Shown: one piece after another, positions 1 to 11,344 of the stretch
Layout: each line of letters begins with the position of its first letter
Numbering within the stretch: position 1 is the stretch's first letter
NCBI RefSeq assembly: GCF_006345805.1
Contig: NC_043009.1
Span: 43,958,001 to 44,022,000 of the forward strand
DNA: 64,000 nucleotides
From: Octopus sinensis
Lineage: Eukaryota
Reading direction: 5' to 3'
Notes under the pieces: model-generated
What the model was told of the DNA's origin: nothing
The model's database searches: none
What the model saw: only the letters and a program-made list of their open reading frames with translations
Program-made: the position numbers and the translations under genes

Positions 1-124
1 GATCTAAAAAAAAATTTACCATAATTTTTTTTCCCTTTTTTTGCTATTTTTTGGCTATAACTCTCTAAAAATGCTTTATAGTTATTTCCCTTACAACCCG
101 AGCAACGCCGGGCGATACTGCTAG
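1..124 (+). mobile_element. 3' end of non-autonomous Helitron-like element
   Basis: Ends CCCGAGCAACGCCGGG hairpin + CGATACTG + CTAG followed by T; same terminus as copies ending at 21104 and starting at 23262 and 60621. Confidence 0.75.
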
Positions 125-717
125 TTACTGAATAAATTCTTTAGTTTTAAGCTTTTTTCAAAAGACAACAAATGTCGTTATGTTGGTGGGGATGGAGGGT
201 GTTCTATAATGGACAAATGGATTTTGTAATTGTTCATATCATTATCATTTATGAAAATTATATATTTGGACACTAATGATATATTTGGAAACTAAGATGC
301 TTGAATATATATGTATGTTATGTGAATCGCTTTTTAGAAGGATTTTTTAGTAAACCTTATATAACATTTTGGTCTACAATTACCTGAAAGACACCGTAAC
401 CCGGCAAACTCATGTTTTCGAAAGACACGTGACATTGAGGGAGCAGGTACTAAAGTTGTATTTAGAGGAAGTTTTCAGCGTTCACGATTGATCACATAAA
501 AGTGTGGAACGTTTTCTGATTTTGCAAGGATTAATCATATTTCGAAGTGTTTACGAATGTTTTTACATATATGGTTTTCACGCTGCTTTCCCACCTCCGA
601 CTCTGAATAAAGAACAACGTAAATCCCAGGATGATTCAAGAAATTTCGGTTTCAAATGAAATACGCAATCTCCATGTTTTGAGAAGATTTTATTCGTGTG
701 TTTAGCAAACGTTTACC

Positions 718-800
718 TATCTATCTATCTACCTACCTACCTACCTACCTACCTACCTATCTATCTATCTATCTATCTATATCTGTCTTTCTTTCTTTCT
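718..800. repeat. (TCTA)n/(CCTA)n compound microsatellite
   Basis: Direct reading. Confidence 0.95.
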
Positions 801-1265
801 GTCTGTTTGTCTAACTATATACCTGTGAAATCAAGGGATTTCTTCTTAAGCAAAAATGTTCACTCCTGTTAATAGAAAGTGGTATACAACGAGAAAAATA
901 AATACCTATAGAACAATACAGAGCGACTCAAGAAACAAAAGAAGTCCAGAGTAGGAAAACATTTTTAGTTCCACAATTCATATCATCGAAATATTTTTAA
1001 CGTCACCAAATAAAATCGCACGCTGAGTAGCTTTCGTATGGTTTAACCCCGTGGAGCGTACTGGGAAGTATTTAACGGCAAAATTTAGCCATGTCACTGC
1101 AGTTGGCAAATGTAAAATACCTTCGCCGTTTCTTAATTTTCTAACTATACATTTACCTGACAATTGTTATATAACATGAAAATACTCTGAAAATTGTAAA
1201 GATACAAAAATAACGTGAAAATCGGAATTTTATTGACTAATAAATATAAAGTAATATAATATATA

Positions 1266-1496
1266 TATTTCTTTACTAACTACAAGGGGCTAAACACAGA
1301 GGGGGCAAACAAGGACAGACAAACGGATTAAGTCGATTATATCGACCCCAGTGTGTAACTGGTACTTATTTAATCGACCCCGAAAGGATGAAAGGCCAAG
1401 TCGACCTCGGCGGCATTTGAACTCAGAGCGTTCCGGCAGACGAAATACGGCTACGCATTTCGCCCAGCGTGCTAACGACTCTGCCAGCTCGCCGCC
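1266..1496 (-). mobile_element. tRNA-derived SINE, family A (Nin-like central domain)
   Basis: Minus strand: A-box-like GGCGAGCTGGCAGA, B-box-like GAGTTCAAATGCC, central GGTCGACTTGGCCTTTCATCCTTTCGGGGTCGAT; many homologous copies in window. Confidence 0.85.
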
Positions 1497-1769
1497 ATAA
1501 TATATAATATATATATATATATATTATATATATAATATATATGTATGTGTGTGTGTCTATTCATGCATATATATATAAGCAACTATAACAAGAGCAACAA
1601 TATATGCATATTTCCTTACCTACCCGCGTGCACACACACACGTACGCATGCACACACTGAGACATACACACACACACGCATACACCACGCACACATGCAC
1701 CTTTATTTCTTCTATATATGGGGACGAGCTATTGTTTTAAAATGTATTGAAAAATACGAATATGTTCTA

Positions 1770-2010
1770 ATTTGATCTTTTCTTTCATCTGCATATCAGG
1801 TCTTTATGAGTTCTTTGGAGTTATAAAGTTCGTAAAGTTATCCTTATCACCGTTTTCAAACATTCTTAGTCTCATCTTTCGGATGTGGAACGGCTTTGGC
1901 TTCTGTACTTCCCATTTTATCGTGGAGACATTTCCGTAGGTTTTTCCCACCAAAACTCTACTGTTAGAAACTTAGTGTTTCACATCATCAGATTTGCAAT
2001 TGTGATATGT
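1770..2010 (-). pseudogene. Penelope-like element GIY-YIG C-terminal remnant
   Basis: Minus frame IKWEVQKPKPFHIRKMRLRMFE resembles the IKW.I...A.PY...K.C.LCL.EK end of Penelope endonucleases; stops and frameshifts present. Confidence 0.45.
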
Positions 2011-2420
2011 ATATTTTATATGTTAATTGTAGCTTTGTACTGCTGTATTAGTGTTGTTTCCATAATCAGTCTCCTATTTCTGTGGAGAATTGTATAAACT
2101 ATGGAAGTATTGTCTATTAATGTTTTCCTCTGTAGCTTTGTTTTGTGATGTGTGATGTAGTGTGTTGCTAGTGCTCCTCGTTTTAAATGCATGGTCAGCC
2201 TGCGAGATAATGATAACGATAATGACGACAACGACGGTGATAACATCAACAACAACAACAACAACAATAACGACAACAACAACAATAATAATAAAAAATA
2301 ATAATAATAATGATAACAATAATAATAATAATGATGATGATGATGATAAGGATGATGATGATGATGATAATAATAATAATAATAATGATGATGATGATGA
2401 TGATAATAATAATAATAATA

Positions 2421-2675
2421 GGATCTTTTCAATTGTGTGGCCAGGAGCCAAGATCTTTCTACTTAACTAAATAATTTGAAACTTCGTATGCTGGTACAGT
2501 GTTTCAAAACAATACACAGGTTGGAACTAGTTTATTTGAGAAAAATCTATTTTATGACTTTAATCGTAGATTAAAACTGCGAATTTTAACCAATGAGATT
2601 GCTTGTTTTCATATTTAATACGTTACTGCATTCTGTTAGTGTGACGTAGAAAGCAGTTTTGTGACGTAGGCAACT
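2421..2675 (-). repeat. Dispersed repeat, copy 1 (inverted relative to 3085-3351)
   Basis: Shares, as reverse complement, GAAAAGATCC, ATACGAAGTTTCAAAT and CATTGGTTAAAATTC blocks with 3085-3351 and 24560-24840. Confidence 0.7.
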
Positions 2676-3084
2676 GTGCACATTTGAGGCTAACATACAT
2701 AGATACATACACACACATACATACAGATACACATACACCGAGTATTCACTCGAAAAAACTAAACACTGAATCGGCCATACATACATGTGTGACACACACA
2801 CACACATAGATACACACACACATACATACACACACATACATACATAGATACATACACACACACACATACATACACACACATACATACATAGATACATACA
2901 CACACACACACACATACATACAGATACACATACACCGAGTATTCACTCGAAAAACTAAACACTGAATCGGCCATACATACATACATACATACATACACAC
3001 ACATACACACACACATACATACATACATTCATACATACATACATATACACATACACCGAGTAAAAAATTTCATCGTTATTGTTT

Positions 3085-3351
3085 TGTTTACATTTGTTTA
3101 CATACCATATGTTTACTACGTCACCAAATTGGTGGTCGAGACGGAGTAAATAATATGAAGCCGAAAGACGGAATACCATTGGTTAAAATTCTAATTATTA
3201 AACAATGTTAAACTTAGAAGTTACAATTCCGTTTTCATTCTGGTTTACAATTAAGTTTACTTTTGACACATTCTACCATTATACGAAGTTTCAAATTGTT
3301 TGGTTCAGTAGGAAAAAATAGAAAAAACTGGCCTCACAAATGAAAAGATCC
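3085..3351 (+). repeat. Dispersed repeat, copy 2
   Basis: Colinear with 24560-24840 (TAAATAATATGA...CATTGGTTAAAATTC...TTTTGACACATTCTACCA...GAAAAGATCC). Confidence 0.8.
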
Positions 3352-3691
3352 AATGCTTTTTCACCACAAATTCCGATATAATCGCTATCTACATCATCTG
3401 AATTGTATTTGTAGAAAATTTCATTTAAAAATATCGATTTTTTTTCTGAAAGTTATGAGGCAAAAAGGTCGGAGACGAGCGGCACACAGGTGAGGAGTGC
3501 CAAAAAGCCTGACATAAATTCATTGAAACACTCTCTGAAAATTACAGGTAACAAGTAATCCCGCTTGCATTATACCAGAACGTGACCAGGAAATTATCCG
3601 TAAACATTTTTGTATAGGGAAAAATAACCCTTGGAGATTTCGCCGTGAAGGAGGTATACAAGCAGACTGTAAAACCATATGCAATTTTACC

Positions 3692-4090
3692 TATATGCAA
3701 TTTGCATATATTTACATACCTACATGCAATTTGCATATATTTACATACCTACATGCAATTTGCATATATTTACATACCTACATGCAATTTGCATATATTT
3801 ATATACCTACATGCAATTTGCATATATTTACATACCTACATGCAATTTGCATATATTTACATACCTACATGCAATTTGCATATATTTACATACCTACATG
3901 CAATTTGCATATATTTACATACCTATATGCAATTTGCATATATTTACATACCTATATACAATTTACATATATTTACATACCTATATGCAATTTGCATATA
4001 TTTACATACCTATATACAATTTGCATATATTTACATACATATATACAATTTGCATATATTTACATACATATATACAATTTGCATATATAC
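3692..4090 (+). repeat. 29-bp minisatellite, 14 units
   Basis: Unit TACATGCAATTTGCATATATTTACATACC. Confidence 0.95.
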
Positions 4091-4433
4091 AATTGTCTAT
4101 AAAGCATACAATGTATAGAGAAAAAGAAGATTTGAACACCTGGAGGAAAGCACCATTGAAAAGTGTCTTGCTGCGACTATGAAAGATATCCCCGCAGAAG
4201 TAGAGGTAGGCTGGATTGTAGCCACACTTCTACACCAGAGGGAGAACAAAATACAATTGGTCGAAATTGCAAGAGACGGGCCTACAATTCCAGTCTGTTG
4301 TATATTTTGAGTATTGTTATCACTAGCGATATCAAGATATAACATTGTATTTTATGTGTAAATGTATATATATATATGTATATATATATGTACATGTAAT
4401 ATGAACACATATATATACTCATATATACATGGA

Positions 4434-4609
4434 CTAGCACTATGACCCGGCAACGACCGGGTCATAATGCTAGTATATCGATATATATGAAAGTAAGAAT
4501 GTGTATCTGTCTGTCTGTGTGAATCCCTATAACTCGAGAACTACACAACCAATTTCATTCAAATTTTACACACGCCTTGCTTAAGGTCCATCGAGTGTCA
4601 GGAGCTGGG
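4434..4609 (+). mobile_element. Helitron-type terminal hairpin followed by a Helitron/DINE-like 5' end
   Basis: CTAGCACTATGACCCGG-caacga-CCGGGTCATAATGCTAG, then TCGATATATATGAAAG...TCTGTCTGTCTGTG...AACCAATTTCATTCAAATTTTACAC, typical of Helitron/Helentron 5' regions; no matching 3' end after the satellite. Confidence 0.6.
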
Positions 4610-7180
4610 CTCTGGGCGCCATTGGGCTCAATGTCCGCGGCTACGAGACAACAGTGAGCGCTATGGCGACCAGAGCTCGCTCTGGGCGCCATTGGGCTCA
4701 ATGTCCGCGGCTACGAGACAACAGTGAGCGCTATGGCGACCAGAGCTCGCTCTGGGCGCCATTGGGCTCAATGTCCGCGGCTACGAGACAACAGTGAGCG
4801 CTATGGCGACCAGAGCTCGCTCTGGGCGCCATTGGCTCAATGTCCGCGGCTACGAGACGACAGTGAGCGCTATGGCGACCAGAGCTCGCTCTGGGCGCCA
4901 TTGGGCTCAATGTCCGCGGCTACGAGACAACAGTGAGCGCTATGGCGACCAGAGCTCGCTCTGGGCGCCATTGGGCTCAATGTCCGCGGCTACGAGACAA
5001 CAGTGAGCGCTATGGCGACCAGAGCTCGCTCTGGGCGCCATTGGGCTCAATGTCCGCGGCTACGAGACAACAGTGAGCGCTATGGCGACCAGAGCTCGCT
5101 CTGGGCGCCATTGGGCTCAATGTCCGCGGCTACGAGAAACAGTGAGCGCTATGGCGACCAGAGCTCGCTCTGGGCGCCATTGGGCTCAATGTCCGCGGCT
5201 ACGAGACAACAGTGAGCGCTATGGCGACCAGAGCTCGCTCTGGGCGCCATTGGGCTCAATGTCCGCGGCTACGAGACAACAGTGAGCGCTATGGCGACCA
5301 GAGCTCGCTCTGGGCGCCATTGGGCTCAATGTCCGCGGCTACGAGACAACAGTGAGCGCTATGGCGACCAGAGCTCGCTCTGGGCGCCATTGGGCTCAAT
5401 GTCCGCGGCTACGAGACAACAGTGAGCGCTATGGCGACCAGAGCTCGCTCTGGGCGCCATTGGGCTCAATGTCCGCGGCTACGAGACAACAGTGAGCGCT
5501 ATGGCGACCAGAGCTCGCTCTGGGCGCCATTGGGCTCAATGTCCGCGGCTACGAGACAACAGTGAGCGCTATGGCGACCAGAGCTCGCTCTGGGCGCCAT
5601 TGGGCTCAATGTCCGCGGCTACGAGAAACAGTGAGCGCTATGGCGACCAGAGCTCGCTCTGGGCGCCATTGGGCTCAATGTCCGCGGCTACGAGACAACA
5701 GTGAGCGCTATGGCGACCAGAGCTCGCTCTGGGCGCCATTGGGCTCAATGTCCGCGGCTACGAGACAACAGTGAGCGCTATGGCGACCAGAGCTCGCTCT
5801 GGGCGCCATTGGGCTCAATGTCCGCGGCTACGAGAAACAGTGAGCGCTATGGCGACCAGAGCTCGCTCTGGGCGCCATGGGCTCAATGTCCGCGGCTACG
5901 AGACAACAGTGAGCGCTATGGCGACCAGAGCTCGCTCTGGGCGCCATTGGGCTCAATGTCCGCGGCTACGAGACAACAGTGAGCGCTATGGCGACCAGAG
6001 CTCGCTCTGGGCGCCATTGGGCTCAATGTCCGCGGCTACGAGACAACAGTGAGCGCTATGGCGACCAGAGCTCGCTCTGGGCGCCATTGGGCTCAATGTC
6101 CGCGGCTACGAGACAACAGTGAGCGCTATGGCGACCAGAGCTCGCTCTGGGCGCATTGGGCTCAATGTCCGCGGCTACGAGACAACAGTGAGCGCTATGG
6201 CGACCAGAGCTCGCTCTGGGCGCCATTGGGCTCAATGTCCGCGGCTACGAGACACAGTGAGCGCTATGGCGACCAGAGCTCGCTCTGGCGCCATTGGGCT
6301 CAATGTCCGCGGCTACGAGACAACAGTGAGCGCTATGGCGACCAGAGCTCGCTCTGGGCGCCATTGGGCTCAATGTCCGCGGCTACGAGACAACAGTGAG
6401 CGCTATGGCGACCAGAGCTCGCTCTGGGCGCCATTGGGCTCAATGTCCGCGGCTACGAGACAACAGTGAGCGCTATGGCGACCAGAGCTCGCTCTGGGCG
6501 CCATTGGGCTCAATGTCCGCGGCTACGAGACAACAGTGAGCGCTATGGCGACCAGAGCTCGCTCTGGGCGCCATTGGGCTCAATGTCCGCGGCTACGAGA
6601 CAACAGTGAGCGCTATGGCGACCAGAGCTCGCTCTGGGCGCCATTGGGCTCAATGTCCGCGGCTACGAGACAACAGTGAGCGCTATGGCGACCAGAGCTC
6701 GCTCTGGGCGCCATTGGGCTCAATGTCCGCGGCTACGAGACAACAGTGAGCGCTATGGCGACCAGAGCTCGCTCTGGGCGCCATTGGGCTCAATGTCCGC
6801 GGCTACGAGACGACAGTGAGCGCTATGGCGACCAGAGCTCGCTCTGGGCGCCATTGGGCTCAATGTCCGCGGCTACGAGACAACAGTGAGCGCTATGGCG
6901 ACCAGAGCTCGCTCTGGGCGCCATTGGGCTCAATGTCCGCGGCTACGAGACAACAGTGAGCGCTATGGCGACCAGAGCTCGCTCTGGGCGCCATTGGGCT
7001 CAATGTCCGCGGCTACGAGACGACAGTGAGCGCTATGGCGACCAGAGCTCGCTCTGGGCGCCATTGGGCTCAATGTCCGCGGCTACGAGACGACAGTGAG
7101 CGCTATGGCGACCAGAGCTCGCTCTGGGCGCCATTGGGCTCAATGTCCGCGGCTACGAGACGACAGTGAGCGCTATGGCG
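4610..7180. repeat. GC-rich 70-bp tandem satellite, ~36.7 copies
   Basis: Unit TCTGGGCGCCATTGGGCTCAATGTCCGCGGCTACGAGACAACAGTGAGCGCTATGGCGACCAGAGCTCGC; 44/70 GC, 7 CpG per unit; copies near-identical. Confidence 0.98.
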
Positions 7181-7199
7181 TTGTTCGCACCACTATTAT

Positions 7200-8074
7200 G
7201 GCTTGGCTTGGCTTGGCTTGGCTGGCTGGCTTGGCTTGGCTTGGCTTGGCTTGGTGGCTTGGCTTGGCTTGGCTTGGCTTGGCTTGGCTTGGCTTGGCTT
7301 GGCTGGTGGCTTGCTTGGCTTGGCTTGGCTTGGCTTGGCTTGGCTGGCTTGGCTTGGCTTGGCTGGCTTGGCTTGGCTTGGCTTGGCTTGGCTGGCTTGG
7401 CTTGGCTTGGCTTGGGGCTTGGCTTGGCTTGGCTTGGCTTGGCTTGGCTTGGCTGGCTTGGCTTGGCTTGGCTTGGCTTGGCTTGGCTTGGCTTGGCTTG
7501 GCTTGGCTTGGCTTGGCTTGGCTTGGCTTGGCTTGGCTTGGCTTGGCTTGGCTTGGCTTGGCTTGGCTTGGCTTGGCTTGCTTGGCTTGGCTTGGCTTGG
7601 CTTGGCTTGGCTTGGCTTTGCTTGGCTTGGCTTGGCTTGGCTTGGCTTGGCTTGGCTTGGCTTGGCTTGGCTTGGCTTGGCTTGGCTTGGCTTGGCTTGG
7701 CTTGGCTTGGCTGGCTTGGCTTGGCTTGGCTTGGCTTGGCTTGGCTTGGCTTGGCTTGGCTTGGCTTGCTTGGCTTGGCTTGGCTTGGCTTGGCTTGGCT
7801 TGGCTTGGCTTGGCTTGGCTTGGCTTGGCTTGGCTTGGCTTGGCTTGGCTTGGCTTGGCTTGGCTTGGCTTGGCTGGCTTGGCTTGGCTTGGCTTGGCTT
7901 GGCTTGGCTTGGCTTGGCTGGCTTGGCTTGGCTTGGCTTGGCTTGGCTTGGCTTGGCTTGGCTTGGCTTGGCTTGGCTTGGCTTGGCTTGGCTTGGCTTG
8001 GCTTGGCTTGGCTTGGCTTGGCTTGGCTTGGCTTGGCTTGGCTTGGCTTGGCTTGGCTTGGCTTGGCTTGGCTT
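7200..8074. repeat. (GGCTT)n pentanucleotide array, ~175 units
   Basis: Direct reading; occasional 4-nt or variant units. Confidence 0.98.
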
Positions 8075-8400
8075 TTGAAGGAGAGCAAGAAGAATCTTAA
8101 TTACATAGAGAACTATAGCGTGAAGGCAGAATATAAAAAAACAACAACTCTTCCTCAGATGTTGGTAATATTACTTGCTCCGCATTGCGAAAAGATGCGT
8201 CTTCGTCAAAGCAATTGCTCCCCCAAACCAAATTAGAAAAAAAATGAGATACGTGGAACGTCAAACCTGCTAACAAAATCAGGACAGTCAAAATTTTCGC
8301 TAAGGGCTGTTTAACCCTAACGAGGTGACGTGGTGAACGCTGGAGAAAGAAAGCTTTGTCAAGAGACAGACGGGAGTGCATGAAGGAAAAGAAAAAGAAA
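8075..8400 (+). pseudogene. Decayed 5' part of an RTE-type LINE (APE endonuclease N-terminus)
   Basis: Frameshifted TWNV(K)..LLTKSGQ...EVTW resembles the TWNVRTL...EVRW start of RTE endonucleases. Confidence 0.45.
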
Positions 8401-8794
8401 TACATTTAGAAATAGATCTATAGTTATTGAGGACAGAATTTCTGTTAGAAATAGAGAACTATGAATATTGAATTATGCATAAAGCGCTGACTTACATTCG
8501 GGGCTTCCAATTTCTCTGTAAAATATAAGATAGTCGCAAAATCATCGCACATGTCACCATCGATTACAAACGCCGGTGGAAGATAAACGTTCCAGAGGAC
8601 ATTCTTGTTCTTTCGTTCGTACAAGGATCGTATTATGTTTCGGCTTAAAATAAATTATAGATACAAATATAATGTATAGAAATATATAAAAACCAGAATA
8701 GAAAATAAACGTCTTAGGCATATAAAATGAGATAACATGAGATATCAAGGTGTTATAAACTTGAAACTTACTAGAATATCATAGATTATATATA

Positions 8795-11344
8795 TCAAGT
8801 CATCCAGTCAGTTCTGTCCAATTTTACCTGTTTTTTTAGAGTTGAATGAAATTTAATAGTATTTGCAAATGTCTAATTCAATTAAAAATTATTTTTATGC
8901 ATTTGTGTACGTTTAAACTAATTCAATATTGTTTTACAAAATAATAGACGGTGTCTACAAAGTCTGCGTACATGGGAATTAACACATACTTTTAAAACAA
9001 AACAATTTTATTTAATTATAATAAATAATATTTTCAAAGTGATTTCCATCATTTTCAATGCATAACTTGATGCGCCTTGCAAAATTCAGGTGAACTTGAT
9101 TAAATAAGTCTATATTGCCATCAATTTAAGCACACTGACTGGTAATGCGTTCTCTCGTGTTGTTTAAATCTGTAATCTTTATTGAGTAAACTTTCTCTTT
9201 CAACATACCCCAGAAAAAGAAATCAAGGGGAGAAAGGTCTGGTGAACGAGGGGACCATTCCATATGACCCCTTCTTCCAATCTAGTGAGGAGGAAAAGTG
9301 TCATTAAATCAATCTCTAACAGTTGTGGCAAAATGGGTAGGGGCCCCATCCTGCTGAAACCAATTCGGAAGGTCCTCGCCTAGGCGCTCAATTTAAGATA
9401 TTAATTTGTCTCTCAATATATTTGCATAAGTCTCATCCGTTACATGTTCAATGAAGAAGGGTCCTAGAACATGAGCTTTCCAAAAACCACACCACCCCAT
9501 CACCTTTTTGCTCTCTTGCTGTTTGGATAGATCCATCCAATGTGGATTACCTCGAGACCAGTATAGAAGATTCTGTCTGTTGACCTCACCATTTACATAA
9601 AACGTAGCTTTGTCACTGAACAAAAAGTTTTTCGTAAAATTGATATTTTCATCCAATTTATTCGTCTATCAGGATCGTCTTAATTTAAGTGATGCAATAT
9701 CTGTAGGTTGTATCGATGAAACTTTTCCTCAACCAGCATTTTGTGGATGGTTGGTTTTGGAACACCTAACACCGTAGATGTCCGACGAAGTGATTTTGGG
9801 GGGCTAGCTAGCAGAAACTTTAGCCTCGACAGCCTCTTTAGTTTCATCTGAAGTCTTTGGTCGCCCGGAACGGGGTTTATCCGAAACACTGCCTGTTTCC
9901 TTAAATTTCTTGATCAATTTCCTGACGGCAGTAAAATAAATAGGTTGCCTACAAGGGTGTGGAAGATTAAATTCTTCCGCAATTTTGCGATAAGACCATC
10001 CCTCTCGTCCACTTAATAATACTAACTCGATTCTTTCTTCTTTAGACAGATTCATCATTCGATCTGGGATTCTTTCTTCTTTAGACAGAGCCATCATTCG
10101 ATCATCTGTAGAAAAATAACAAATAAATTTAGAAAAGTAAAGTATTTTTTAAATTTAATTTAAACAAAAGTAAAAAAGGAAAATTATTATTCTTATATTA
10201 TTCTTATGTTATGATTTTATTCCATAAACCCAGACTTCGTGGACACCCTAAAATTGCTTTGATTAAAACCCTTTCAACATGGAAGTATCCAAGGAGCATT
10301 TAAGGCACATATAATTCTTTATGAGTACAATAAAGGTAACTCTGATGCCGAAGTGACTCGAAACATACACTCAGTTTATAGCAAAGTGCTCGAATGAAAG
10401 AACTTGCAGGAGATCGTCTGCAAAATTGAAGATGAATATCGAACAGGATGTCCAGTTGAGTTTGACAAGCTCCTTGAGGCATTACTTGAAGAAAATCCGT
10501 CATTATCAGTTGAAGAATTGACAATAAAGCTTACTTCAAACCATACAACAGTTCATCGTCATCTTCAACAACGTGGAAAGGTTCCTAAACTTGGAAAATA
10601 GGTGCCTTATGTATTGTCCGAAAGCAACCGCAAATCCCGAGTTGGCATCTGCTCTTCTCTCCATTCTCGCAAACTCATTTCACCCTTTTTCGATAGACTT
10701 GTGATGAAAAATGGATTTTCTATCGAAATGTTAGACGTCGTAAACAGTGGCTTGGTAAAAGGGAAAATTCTCAACCGAGAAGGGAACTTCATGGGAAAAA
10801 GGTTCTACTCTCTATCTGGTGCGATTGCAAAGGCGTAATTCACTTTATATTGTTACCACCTAATGCAACAATCAATGCTCAAGTCTACTGTCAGCAATTA
10901 GAGCGTTTGAACCAAGCTTTGAAGGAAAAAAGAGCCGCTTTAGTGAGTCGAAAACGAGTGATGTTTCATCAGGACAATGCGCAACCCCACACTGCAAAGA
11001 TCACATCACAGAAGATCAAAGGGGTCGGTTTGGAAAAATTTCTTCATCCAACTTATTCTCCCGACCTTACTCCTTCAGGATACCATTTGTTTCATAGTTT
11101 ACAGAATTAGTAGGGGGATACAACTTTCGCAAGCCAGGGGGAGGTCGAACCTGACATTTCAGAGTTCTTCGCTTTCAAACCAAAAGAGTTTTACGTTGAT
11201 GGGATTAAAAAGCTAGTAAATAGATGGAGGTAAGTCATAGATGATTAGGGAAAGTACATTGATGATTAACTTTCAATTAAATATAACATTTGATCACTTG
11301 TATTCTTTATCCAAAATTCAGACAGAACTTATGGGATGACCTGA
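8795..11344 (+). mobile_element. mariner-type (DD34D-like) transposon, decayed, interrupted by a nested Tc1-like element
   Basis: TIRs TCAAGTCATCCAGTCAGTTCTGTCC / GACAGAACTTATGGGATGACCTGA; transposase pieces from ATG 10279 (MEVSKEHLRH), FHQDNAQPH, HPTYSPDLTPS; many stops. Confidence 0.85.
8947..10249 (-). mobile_element. IS630-Tc1-mariner element (SPDLxPLDFFxWG type), decayed
   Basis: TIRs GGTGTCTACAAAGTCTGCGTACATGG / CCATAAACCCAGACTTCGTGGACACC; minus frames EERIELVLLSG (HTH), FSDKATFYVNGEVNRQN, WCGFW..VLGPFF, PDLSPLDFFFWG; short duplication of the start (MMALSKEER / MMNLSKEER). Confidence 0.85.

Noticed and set aside
1157-1186. 30-nt minus-strand microexon
   Set aside because: Plausible splice sites but no supporting neighbouring exons; such pairs are frequent by chance in AT-rich DNA.
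4724-6469. Repeated ORFs MSAMATRARSG...
   Set aside because: They follow from a 70-nt GC-rich unit having only one plus-strand stop. Perfect units give 47 codons; the longer listed ORFs depend on single-base indels that may be sequencing errors.
4610-7180. CRISPR array interpretation of the 70-bp repeat
   Set aside because: No variable spacers (units are identical end to end), no cas genes, eukaryotic context.
7200-8074. Interstitial telomeric repeat
   Set aside because: The unit is not TTAGGG, the expected molluscan telomere repeat.
7096-8236. Long ORFs (AWLGL)n and (SQAKP)n
   Set aside because: GGCTT has no stop codon in any frame; these are translation artefacts of the array.
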